Assembly (NCBI GenBank): GCA_043800755.1
Contig: JAZDMQ010000126.1
Span: 1 to 35,149 of the forward strand
Length of the DNA stretch: 35,149 nucleotides
Origin: a bacterium
GTDB taxonomy: Bacteria > Methylomirabilota > Methylomirabilia > CAVQYV01
Reading direction: 5' to 3'
The translations under genes and the position numbers were made by a program. The stretch's first letter is position 1. Each line of letters opens with the position of its first letter. Shown piece after piece: positions 17,787 to 26,400 of the stretch. The notes below the pieces were generated by a model. The model was not told where the DNA came from. It saw only the letters and a list, made by a program, of their open reading frames with translations, and did not search any database.

Positions 17787-18826
17787 CTCGAGTCCCCTCC
17801 TTCCCGCCCTAGGGAATCTATCTCTTTCATCGCCTTCAGGGATCTGACGAAGACATCTACCATATCCGGATCGAATTGGCTGCCTTTCTCCCGCAACAGC
17901 TCTGCAATCGCCTCCTCTTCTGACCTCTTGGGACAGTAAGTGCGCCCAGTCGTCATGATATCATAGGCGTCAGAGATCGCAATGATTCGGGCCAGCTTGG
18001 AGATTGCCTCGCTCTTCAGGGCATCCGGATACCCCAAACCGTCCATTCTTTCGTGGTGGTGACGGATGATCGAGGCAACCTCTTCCAACTCTTCAATATG
18101 GCCCACGATCTCTGCCCCCTTGCTGGTGTGCTCCCGCATGTAGGCCCATTCGTCATCCGTAAGTCCTGAAGGCTTGTTGAGAACCCCTTCCGGGGTGCCG
18201 ATCTTTCCCACATCGTGCATCTGGGCCGCCAATTGCAGGGTATAGCGCTCGCCCGGTGAGAGGTCCAGCGAGTCTCCAAGCAGGAGAGAGAGCTCCGTTA
18301 CCCGATGCGAATGCCCCGCGGTATAGGGGTCTTTCGCATCAATGGCTGCCGCCAGGGCGGTAATCGCCTCAAAGAGGATCTGGGCCCCCTTCTCCATCAG
18401 ACGTTCCCTCTCCAGGCGCCGCCTCTCCAAGTTTCTCTCTACGATGATGGGCAGCTCCCGGATGTTCACCGGTTTGGTGATGAAATCCGAAGCCCCCTTC
18501 TGCAGGCTCGTCTTCGCCAGCTCCACATCTCCAAACCCGGTAATCAACACGATGGGCATATCGGGATGAATCTTGGAGGCGATCTCCAAGAGCTCGATGC
18601 CGCTCATCTTGGGCATGGAGATATCTGTGAGCAGCATATGGAACCGCTTTTCCTTCAAAAGTGACAATGCGTCGAAGGCATTGGCCGCTATCGCGATGCG
18701 ATAGCCGCTCCGGGTGAGGGCCTCACCTAAGGCCTCACGCACCTCAAATTCATCATCGACCACCAAGATATGCATGGGGGAGGGGGATTGAGCAGATCTC
18801 TCGATGCCAGCACCCGATGTAAACAT
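17783..18826 (-). CDS. Response regulator with HD-GYP phosphodiesterase domain
   Basis: REC domain (VVDD, TDISMP, KP) plus D.YT.GHS.RV, HDVGK and HHERMDGLGYP. Confidence 0.9.
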   Translation of the reverse strand: MFTSGAGIERSAQSPSPMHILVVDDEFEVREALGEALTRSGYRIAIAANAFDALSLLKEKRFHMLLTDISMPKMSGIELLEIASKIHPDMPIVLITGFGDVELAKTSLQKGASDFITKPVNIRELPIIVERNLERRRLERERLMEKGAQILFEAITALAAAIDAKDPYTAGHSHRVTELSLLLGDSLDLSPGERYTLQLAAQMHDVGKIGTPEGVLNKPSGLTDDEWAYMREHTSKGAEIVGHIEELEEVASIIRHHHERMDGLGYPDALKSEAISKLARIIAISDAYDIMTTGRTYCPKRSEEEAIAELLREKGSQFDPDMVDVFVRSLKAMKEIDSLGREGGDSR

Positions 18827-18971
18827 ATTCGCTCACTCTCGGCCCTTGGGCCGCCAACTTCCAAATGGAAAAGGCAAGAGAGAGGGTTCAGAAGAAGGGG
18901 GATCGGATCAGTGTAAACCCCACCTCGAGGCGGGTCGCCAAAAGAGTGGGAAGGCAGAGAAGTCCTCGGAC

Positions 18972-19670
18972 TCAAGATCCACTCTCAATTTCCTCTCTCG
19001 GCTTCTGACTCTTTTCCAGCTGTTCGGAAACGAACTTGCCCACCATCTCCTTGCATCCCAACCCAAAGGCCAGAGCCAAGGCCAGACAGGCCGATCCGAA
19101 GAGGATAATAAAGGCCGCGGTGACGATCTCGGAGGCAATATTCAACTCCTCCAGGGCCATGGCCGACACGATCACGATGATCAGGTAGCGCACCATTTGG
19201 CCCAAGAGATCCGCCCGAATCCACTGAAGATGTGCGGCTCCTACTCTCACCACCCCGGAGACAAAATTGGCAAAGAAAAGCCCCAGCACCAAGATAAAGA
19301 TCGCGGCGAAGATCCGAGGAAAATAAAGCAGCAGGTCATTGAGGAGTTGGGATGCAGCCTGGAGCCCCAGAGCGTTGACCGCGGCCATGAAGATGGCCAG
19401 CATCAACATCCAATAGACCAATTCCCCCAACAGCTCTACCGGGGACTGTCGAATCTTCCCCCGGAGGAATAGGTCCTCCAGGCCTGCCTTCTCGGCGGCC
19501 ACATCGAAATGGATCGCCAAGAGGAGACGGATGGCCAATAGCTTCAGGATGCGGGCTAATATCCAGCCGCCGATCAGGATGAGGATTGCCGCCAGGATAT
19601 GGGGGAAATAGGAGGCGATCATCACCATCATCGCCTTGCTCGGATTTAAAAGGGCTTCAAAGAAGTCCAT
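18972..19670 (-). CDS. Membrane protein with two TM_helix repeats (CmpX/MscS-associated family)
   Basis: Repeated P.I.AAI.IL..G segments and a C-terminal ALAFGLG.KE motif. Confidence 0.75.
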   Translation of the reverse strand: MDFFEALLNPSKAMMVMIASYFPHILAAILILIGGWILARILKLLAIRLLLAIHFDVAAEKAGLEDLFLRGKIRQSPVELLGELVYWMLMLAIFMAAVNALGLQAASQLLNDLLLYFPRIFAAIFILVLGLFFANFVSGVVRVGAAHLQWIRADLLGQMVRYLIIVIVSAMALEELNIASEIVTAAFIILFGSACLALALAFGLGCKEMVGKFVSEQLEKSQKPREEIESGS

Positions 19671-19688
19671 GGTCTCCTCTGCCCTCTG

Positions 19689-20138
19689 CTACTTCCTCCA
19701 TTTGGACATCAAATTGGCGGCCCTCTCCCCTCCATCTCCAGTGCCCACTACCGGCTGAGTGGAGGGAGAAAGACCAGAGATGGCCCGCAGCTTGGCCTCG
19801 AAATCCTTCAGTTGGGCGATTTCCTTCTTCAATTGATTGATCTGCGCCGCCTGCTTTCCCAATCGGCTCCCCAATGAGGAATTCTCCTCTTCCAGGTAGA
19901 TGAGACGGACGTTGCGATAAAGGAAGTCGAAATTCTTCACCAGCACGAAGGTGGAGAAGAGGGGGAGGAAGAGGAAGAAGACGAAAAAGGAATAGAGTCG
20001 TCTCTTGGAGAGGGTGATCCTCCTCATCTTGCCAGATTCGGAGAAGGCAATGATGGTGATGAATCCCTTCAGGCCCAAGGAGAGTTTTTGCGAGGCAGTG
20101 CGCAGGATGCCCCTGAAATCCGCAGCGTGAAATTCCAT
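19689..20138 (-). CDS. TM + coiled-coil protein resembling the N-terminal half of M23 peptidases, with no catalytic domain
   Basis: Basic/beta N-terminus, one TM helix, a coiled coil ending KLRAISGL and a G.G.GG motif, then a stop; AGGAGG RBS. Confidence 0.6.
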   Translation of the reverse strand: MEFHAADFRGILRTASQKLSLGLKGFITIIAFSESGKMRRITLSKRRLYSFFVFFLFLPLFSTFVLVKNFDFLYRNVRLIYLEEENSSLGSRLGKQAAQINQLKKEIAQLKDFEAKLRAISGLSPSTQPVVGTGDGGERAANLMSKWRK

Positions 20139-20180
20139 CGGCGCCTCCTTTCTGAGACCGGAGGATAGTACTTTGAAACT

Positions 20181-20209
20181 CTATTATCCAAAAAACCCTC
20201 TCGTGTCAA
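20181..20209 (-). promoter_or_regulatory. Putative sigma70 promoter upstream of the signalling block
   Basis: TTGACA followed by GATAAT/TAATAG at 15-17 nt in an AT-rich intergenic patch. Confidence 0.45.
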
Positions 20210-20252
20210 GGATAAAACGGCCCCGCCCCAGTCCTCAAGACGGCCCAAGGCC

Positions 20253-21329
20253 TCAATCCCGATGAGACCGAAAGTGGTCGAACCCCCCGACCAGGGGCCA
20301 GAGAGCCCCGTCCTGGCGCTGGAGGTTCATTTGGCCTGGCTGTCCCAAGACTTCCCCGATGCGCCTCACCGGGGCCAGCCCTGCTTCTCGAAAGGCCTTT
20401 TCCACTTGATCCGGAGCGGAGGTCGCAAAAAGCAGCTCGTAATCCTCGCCGCCCTGGGTGGCGAGGCGGACCGGGTCCTCTCCCAATTCCCGGGCAACGG
20501 CTCTGACACAAGAGGCAACGGGCAGCTCTCTCTCCCAGATGACCGCCCCCACCCCGCTCTCCCCGCAGAGGTGTCCCAGATCGGAGGCTAACCCATCGCT
20601 GAGGTCAATCATCGCACTCGCCCATCCCTCCTGGGCCAAGAGCTGACCCTCTCTCACCCGGGGTGTGGGCAGGAAATGCGCCTCTACAGCCTCTTGAAAT
20701 GCCTCACGGGTCAAGGGATCTAACCCCTGGAATCTCCTCCAATCCCGGGGAGGCAGGCTTCCTGTGTTCTTTGGATCCAGCTCCAGGGCCGCCTTAATCC
20801 CCGCCAGGCCGGCGGCCGAGGCCCCCAGGGCGCCGGTGACCATCAGTGAATCTCCGTCTCTGGCCCCAGATCTTCTTATCCAGCAGCCCTCTTTTCCCTC
20901 ACCCAGCAGGGCTACATTGATAAACAGAGGACCCGGGGAGAGGGAGGTATCTCCCCCCACCAGGCTGACTCCATAGACCGACGCCTCCTCCTCCATCCCC
21001 GCATAGAGGGCATCGATCGATTCCACCTGCTCGTCCGGGGAGAGGGCTAAGGAGATCAGGGCCACGCGCGGAACGCCTCCCATGGCGGCAATATCGCTGA
21101 TATTCACCGCCAGGGCCTTCATGCCCAAAAGGTGAGGGGGGGGGATATCCCGGAAGAAGTGGATGCCCTCCAGGAGAAGGTCGGTGGTGGCCAACAGGAT
21201 CGAGCCTTCGCTGGGCCGGAAGGCGGCCGCATCTCCTCCGATGCCCAGGAGCAACTGAGACCATCGCCCCTGTGCCCTTTCCCGAATGCGGCTAATCAAC
21301 CCGAACTCTCCCAGGGCGGATAGATCCAT
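20253..21329 (-). CDS. thiL: Thiamine-monophosphate kinase
   Basis: [36 protein letters not shown] and GGEDYELLF motifs. Confidence 0.93.
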   Translation of the reverse strand: MDLSALGEFGLISRIRERAQGRWSQLLLGIGGDAAAFRPSEGSILLATTDLLLEGIHFFRDIPPPHLLGMKALAVNISDIAAMGGVPRVALISLALSPDEQVESIDALYAGMEEEASVYGVSLVGGDTSLSPGPLFINVALLGEGKEGCWIRRSGARDGDSLMVTGALGASAAGLAGIKAALELDPKNTGSLPPRDWRRFQGLDPLTREAFQEAVEAHFLPTPRVREGQLLAQEGWASAMIDLSDGLASDLGHLCGESGVGAVIWERELPVASCVRAVARELGEDPVRLATQGGEDYELLFATSAPDQVEKAFREAGLAPVRRIGEVLGQPGQMNLQRQDGALWPLVGGFDHFRSHRD

Positions 21330-21347
21330 GGCAATCTTCCAAGGAAA

Positions 21348-22502
21348 TCAAGGCAGGTGGGCCAGCTCCTCCAGGACCCGGGACCGGATCTGTTGTGGAG
21401 AAGGCGAATCCACCACCCTTCTTCCGTTCTGGAGCATGGGCTTCAACAGAGGGATGAACTCTGCCCCGCAGGGGCAGCCCGATTGATCAGAGTGGGAGGC
21501 AACCACCACCGTCTTGCGGCAGGAGGGACACCTCAACACCCTTTTACGCCCCGACATCTTTCCCCTTTTGGCTACGGGGCGGCCATCAATCTCCACAATA
21601 TCCATGGCCAAATCAAGGACGGGGGCATTGCTGATGGAGGTCCCCACCCCAAAAGAATCGACGATGTCCCGCAGCTTGCAGATCTCCTCCTCGTCAATGC
21701 CGCCGCTTACGAAGAGCTTCACCTGATGGTGGCCTCGGTAATCGAGCTCCCACCTCACCTCCTGCAGGATCCTGTAGATGTCGCCGCGACGGGAGGAGGG
21801 GGTGTCCAGGCGCACTCCATAAAGATCCTTCCCCAGGGTCTCGGCCACTTTCAGGGCCTCGGCCTTTTCATCGCAGAAGGTATCCACCAGGATCACCCGG
21901 TGTACCAAAGGATCGATGACCTCATGAAAGGCCTTCGCCGCCGCCACCACATCCCCCATCATCAAGATCAAGGCATGGGGCATGGTGCCCATGGGGGGCT
22001 CTCCGATCGCCTCGGCGCTAGCGATCACCGAGACCGCATCACAGCCCCCAATGAAGGCAGCGCGATCGATCATGGGGGCGATCGCAGGATGCATACGACG
22101 GGCCCCGAAACTGATGATTCCCTTCCCGGCGGCCGCCTTCTTGCACCGGGCAGTCTTGGTCGCCACCCCTGATGCCTGGCAGAGAATCCCCAGGAGGGCC
22201 GTCTCGAAAATCGCATAATCCAGGTAGTTGCCCTCGATCGCCATGACAGGCTGCAAGGTATTGAACCAGGTCCCCTCCTCCATCGCCTCCACCTGGATGG
22301 GAAGGCCCTCCAACAGGTACAACGCCTCATCGAGCCCCGCAAAAATTCCCCAAGGCCAGTCGGAGGGAAAGCCCTTCAGCATGATCTCTGCCCGGGCCCG
22401 GGGGTTTATCCCCTTGGCCTTCAGGATCTCGACCGTCCTCGCAAAGTAGATGTCGGTTACCTTTCCCGCCCTAATCTCCTCATCCTTGGCGATGTGGAAC
22501 AT
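21348..22502 (-). CDS. pncB: Nicotinate phosphoribosyltransferase (short, Thermoplasma-like type)
   Basis: TDIYF, SFGARR, GTMPH, LVDT, GVRLDT, SGG, FGVGT and a C-terminal CxxC...CxCG; ATG 22502 after GGAGGG. Confidence 0.88.
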   Translation of the reverse strand: MFHIAKDEEIRAGKVTDIYFARTVEILKAKGINPRARAEIMLKGFPSDWPWGIFAGLDEALYLLEGLPIQVEAMEEGTWFNTLQPVMAIEGNYLDYAIFETALLGILCQASGVATKTARCKKAAAGKGIISFGARRMHPAIAPMIDRAAFIGGCDAVSVIASAEAIGEPPMGTMPHALILMMGDVVAAAKAFHEVIDPLVHRVILVDTFCDEKAEALKVAETLGKDLYGVRLDTPSSRRGDIYRILQEVRWELDYRGHHQVKLFVSGGIDEEEICKLRDIVDSFGVGTSISNAPVLDLAMDIVEIDGRPVAKRGKMSGRKRVLRCPSCRKTVVVASHSDQSGCPCGAEFIPLLKPMLQNGRRVVDSPSPQQIRSRVLEELAHLP

Positions 22503-23376
22503 ATCCCTCCCTCTCCATCCAACCATAAAGATGGTGTGCCAGTCTGGCGAATTCCTCAATGCAAAGGCTCTCCCCTCGCCTCCGTGGGGAGATATCCGCA
22601 TCTGCAAAAGCCCGATCCCAAACTTCCCTGCTCAATCCCGAGGCGACTTGGCTGGGCAGCGCATTTCCCAGCATCTTCCTCCTCTGGGAGAAGGCGGCCC
22701 GAACCAGGATTCGAAATAGGGCCTCGTCCTCTATCTCCACCCTTGGCGTCGGCCGCACCAGCAGCCTTAAGATCGCCGAATCCACCTGAGGTTTAGGATA
22801 GAAGGCCTCTTTCGGTACTGTGGCCACCCATTCCACCTCCGCATAAAGCTGGAGGGCGATGCTCAAAGCTCCATACTGCTTCGTTCCTGGATGGGCGAGG
22901 AGGCGCTCGCCCACCTCTTTTTGAACCATCAAGACCATCGAGGAAAAAAGATATCGATATTGCAGGAGACGAAAAAGCAGGGGGGTAGAGATGTAATAGG
23001 GCAGATTGGCCACCATTTTGGCTTTCCCCCTCAGTCCCCGTTCCTTCGCCCAGGCGGAGAAATCGAAGGTCAAGATGTCCGCCTGAACCAACGAGAGGTT
23101 GGTGAAACCATGCAGTTCCTTCCCCAGGAGGCGAAAGAGGTATGGGTCGAGCTCGATGGCCACGACAGATCCTGCGATCCCACAGAGCGCCCGGGTCAGG
23201 AGGCCCAAGCCTGGACCGATCTCGACCACCTGATCCTGGCGGTCCAATTCCGCCGCCTGCACAATCGCTTCCAGCCAATGCCGATCGATCAGGAAATTCT
23301 GCCCCAGCCTCTTCTGGGGACGCAACCCATATCGGCCAAGGATCTCCCTTGTCTCGCTCAACAAGGAGATAGCCAT
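22480..23376 (-). CDS. rsmA: 16S rRNA (adenine-N6,N6)-dimethyltransferase
   Basis: GQNFL, EIGPG.G, ANLPY, MVQKEV and AFSQRRK motifs. Confidence 0.95.
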   Translation of the reverse strand: MAISLLSETREILGRYGLRPQKRLGQNFLIDRHWLEAIVQAAELDRQDQVVEIGPGLGLLTRALCGIAGSVVAIELDPYLFRLLGKELHGFTNLSLVQADILTFDFSAWAKERGLRGKAKMVANLPYYISTPLLFRLLQYRYLFSSMVLMVQKEVGERLLAHPGTKQYGALSIALQLYAEVEWVATVPKEAFYPKPQVDSAILRLLVRPTPRVEIEDEALFRILVRAAFSQRRKMLGNALPSQVASGLSREVWDRAFADADISPRRRGESLCIEEFARLAHHLYGWMEREGYVPHRQG

Positions 23377-23401
23377 GAGACCTCCGGAAGGGACCGACCT
23401 G

Positions 23402-24127
23402 CTACCCTTTCTTCTTCTCCAGATCGGAATCCGCTTGTTCCTTGGCCATGTTCATATAAACCTGGGCCACAGTATGTTGGGGACTGATGCGCAATGCCTC
23501 CTTCCAGTTCTGGATCGCCGATTCGGTATCCCCCCGGCGAAAGAAGAGGGCCCCCAAATTGGTGTAGGGGTCTGCATAGCGGGGATTGATCCTGATGGCC
23601 TCCCGAAAGGCCGCCTCGGCCTCCTCATCCATCCCCCTCTCCCGATAGGCAACCCCCAATCGATTATGAACATCGGGAAAATCAGGACAGAGCCTGATCG
23701 CCTTTCGGTATTCTTCGCTTGCCTCCCCATATAACCCCAGTTCCTGGTAGGCCTTTCCCAGGTCGATATGGGAATTGGCCAGCTTGATTCGTACCCCCGA
23801 GTTCAGATCGAAGGCCATCTCTTTTTCTCTCTCCGTAGCCTTGCCGAATTCGCTCTGGGCCTGATCGTAGGCGCCGGTATCGGCCAGGGTAATCGCCAGG
23901 TTGAGCTGGGCCTCCGTATAGTTGGGGTTGATGCTCAGGGCCCTCTGGAAATGATGAATCGCCTTTTTGAACTGGTTATTGTGACTGTAGATCACCCCGA
24001 GCATATTATGGAGGTTGGCGTACTCCGGTGCCTGTTTCACCAACTCCAGGAGTAGCTTCTCGGACTCCTCATATTGATTATCCCGATAGAGCTCGGTCGC
24101 CTTCTTGATGGTTTGCTTGAGATCCAC
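23402..24127 (-). CDS. Tetratricopeptide repeat protein
   Basis: About 6 TPR repeats; start moved to GTG 24127, which follows AGGAGG. Confidence 0.85.
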   Translation of the reverse strand: MDLKQTIKKATELYRDNQYEESEKLLLELVKQAPEYANLHNMLGVIYSHNNQFKKAIHHFQRALSINPNYTEAQLNLAITLADTGAYDQAQSEFGKATEREKEMAFDLNSGVRIKLANSHIDLGKAYQELGLYGEASEEYRKAIRLCPDFPDVHNRLGVAYRERGMDEEAEAAFREAIRINPRYADPYTNLGALFFRRGDTESAIQNWKEALRISPQHTVAQVYMNMAKEQADSDLEKKKG

Positions 24128-24170
24128 AATGACCCTCCTTCGCCCCTGCAGAATACGGCTGGACCTTCCT

Positions 24171-24472
24171 TCAGAGTCCAGAGACGATCTTCCAGCCCTC
24201 TCTCTCCTTCTCCAGGCCAATCCTCTCTTGGCCCTTCAGCTCCCTCACCTGGTCCCCCCTGCAAACGCGAATCTCATAGGCCTGGACCGCCTCCCCTCGG
24301 CCCCGGGAAATCAGAATGCGCCGGCTCGCAATGCGCACCTGGATTGAATCAACGCCCGCCATCATCTCCATGGTCTCGCGCCGGAGATGCCCCCAATCTC
24401 CCCTCTCTCCCCGATAGCTATGAACCCCCAGGTGAGCAAGATGAGCCGGGAGGCAGGAGATGGGCAACGCAT
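24171..24472 (-). pseudogene. Probable frameshifted/internally deleted small exported protein with an NTF2/SnoaL-like C-terminus
   Basis: An ATG coupled to the bamD stop (TGATG) gives a signal-peptide-like MRCPSPASRLILLTWGFI that stops after 36 aa. A different frame carries SYRG...ERIGLEKEREGWKIVSGL. Confidence 0.5.
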
Positions 24473-25314
24473 CAATGGCCTTCTGCCTCCGCCAAGTGCC
24501 GTTGCACCTCCGGGGCATGCTCCGAATTCGGGTATTTCTGTAACAACTGCAGAAAGGCCCGATTCGCCTCCTCTGACTCTTCCAGCCGGTAGAGGGACTT
24601 TCCCAGGTAATAGAGCGCCTTCTCCTCCATCGCGGTCTCCGGGTAATGGCTGAGCAGATATTTGAACCGCCCAGAGGCGGCCTTATACTTTCCCTTCCGA
24701 AAGTAAAAGCGCCCGATGAAGAATTCGTGGCCGGCCAACCTGTCTTCGCAGACCTTCAACTTCTCCTTGGCGGGAGCGGCGTAGCGAGAGTCGGGGGCGT
24801 CCTTCAGCACCGTCCTGAATTCAGAGACCGCCCTCTGGGCAGGAGATTGATCGCGGTCCACGCTGGCGATCTCCGCGAAGTGGGTGAGGCCCAAGTAGTA
24901 ATGAGCCTCGTCGGCGTAGGGATTCTGGGGGTGGAGGTCGAGGAACTTTTGATACTCCACCTTGGCCTCCAGATACTTCTTATCCTCGTAGTAGGCCCTT
25001 CCCAGATCAAGCTGAGCCCGCGGTATCCACTCGCTCGCCGGGTATTCAGACATCAGCCGTTTGAGCAAATCCTGCGCCTCCTGGTACTTCTTGGCCGCCA
25101 GGGCCTCTTCCGCCTGCTGCAGGATCTGGGCATCGCTCAAGACGGCCTTTTTCTCAGGACCCGCACAGGAGCAGAGCAGCCAGAGGGAGCCCAAGGTCAA
25201 AAGGATCAGGCTGATCCTTCTCCAGGCGGGGGATCCTCTCCGGCAATGCCACCCTCGATGTACCCTTCGGCTGTCCAGTTTCTCCAAGACTCCCCTCGCT
25301 CTCTCTCCCCTCAA
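24472..25314 (-). CDS. bamD: Outer membrane protein assembly factor BamD
   Basis: Lipobox LCSC, TPR helices, FLDLHP, DRDQS and LAGHEFFIGRFY motifs. The start codon is uncertain (TTG 25314 or TTG 25287). Confidence 0.9.
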   Translation of the reverse strand: MRGERARGVLEKLDSRRVHRGWHCRRGSPAWRRISLILLTLGSLWLLCSCAGPEKKAVLSDAQILQQAEEALAAKKYQEAQDLLKRLMSEYPASEWIPRAQLDLGRAYYEDKKYLEAKVEYQKFLDLHPQNPYADEAHYYLGLTHFAEIASVDRDQSPAQRAVSEFRTVLKDAPDSRYAAPAKEKLKVCEDRLAGHEFFIGRFYFRKGKYKAASGRFKYLLSHYPETAMEEKALYYLGKSLYRLEESEEANRAFLQLLQKYPNSEHAPEVQRHLAEAEGH

Positions 25315-26384
25315 GGCACCAGGGCGACGCGGATCGTCCCGGGCGGGGACTCCATAAAGAACTTCATCGCCTCCGATGCTTTCCCAAGTGGGAACTTATG
25401 GGTAATAATCTTCTCAATGGGGTACTTCCGCGATTCGATAATCCGCACTGCATCCCCCACATCCAGGGACTGGCCGAGACCTCCCACCACCTCTATCTCC
25501 CGGAAGACGATCCAGTCCGGCTTGATCGGTACCTCCTTCTGTTTGAAGGTCCCGGCGATGACCAATCGGCCCATTGCCCGCAGCAGCCCGAAGGCGGATC
25601 GCAGCGACTCTGGTTGACCCGTGCATTCGATCACCAGATCGGCCATCTTGCCTTCGGTCAGCTCCTTGACCCGCTTCTCCACATCCTCCTTCTCCGCGTT
25701 GATAGTGAAGTCAGCTCCAAACTCTTTAGCCAGTTCGAACTTATGAATATCCTTGCCCATCCCGGTGACGATGATGGGACTTGCCCCTGATTCCTTGGCT
25801 GCGACCACGCTGGATAGCCCCTGGGCCCCTGGCCCCAGGATGACCACTTTATCTCCCAGCTTGGCTTTCCCTTTGGTTCGAACCCAGCGGATGCCATTGC
25901 CAATGACGGAGGCGAGGCAAGCTGCCTCCGAAGGAGGGTCAGAAGAGATCCGATGCACCATGGAGCCGGGAGCGACGAACATGAATTCCCCGTAGGCCCC
26001 CCAAAGGTGAGGAGAGACGGAGGCGCTCACGCTGAATCCATAGACCCTTCTGCGATTGCACAAGGCGTAGTTGCCCGTCATACAGAAGGGGCATCGGTGA
26101 CAAGGGATGTAAGGCTCGACCACCACCCGATCTCCCTTTCTCACTTCGTACTCCTGGGCTCCTTCCGCTCCGACCTCCTCCACGAATCCCACCATTTCAT
26201 GGCCTAAAATGAAAGGGAAGGCCTCATCGCCCTGCAGGCCCAAGAAGTGATTCGGATCACTGCCACAGATCGAAACCATCTCCACCCTCAAAAGCATATC
26301 GGCAGGCCCGATCTTCGGAACCTCAAATTCTTGCATCTCCATGTGGCCCGGCTTGTTGACCACCATGGACCTAGTCTTAGCCAT
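25311..26384 (-). CDS. Zn-dependent MDR alcohol dehydrogenase (polyol/threonine dehydrogenase-like)
   Basis: CGSD, GHE, CxxCxxCx7C structural Zn site and GPGAQG Rossmann motif. Confidence 0.9.
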   Translation of the reverse strand: MAKTRSMVVNKPGHMEMQEFEVPKIGPADMLLRVEMVSICGSDPNHFLGLQGDEAFPFILGHEMVGFVEEVGAEGAQEYEVRKGDRVVVEPYIPCHRCPFCMTGNYALCNRRRVYGFSVSASVSPHLWGAYGEFMFVAPGSMVHRISSDPPSEAACLASVIGNGIRWVRTKGKAKLGDKVVILGPGAQGLSSVVAAKESGASPIIVTGMGKDIHKFELAKEFGADFTINAEKEDVEKRVKELTEGKMADLVIECTGQPESLRSAFGLLRAMGRLVIAGTFKQKEVPIKPDWIVFREIEVVGGLGQSLDVGDAVRIIESRKYPIEKIITHKFPLGKASEAMKFFMESPPGTIRVALVP

Positions 26385-26400
26385 CTTTTCTCGCCTCTTT

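Noticed and set aside
21231..21239. ThiL motif GIGGDAA instead of GIGDDAA
   Set aside because: The second Asp and all other motifs are retained, so this is not enough to call loss of function.
22480..22607. Long pncB/rsmA overlap implied by the ORF track
   Set aside because: The likely pncB start is ATG 22502 with an RBS, leaving an ordinary 23-nt overlap.
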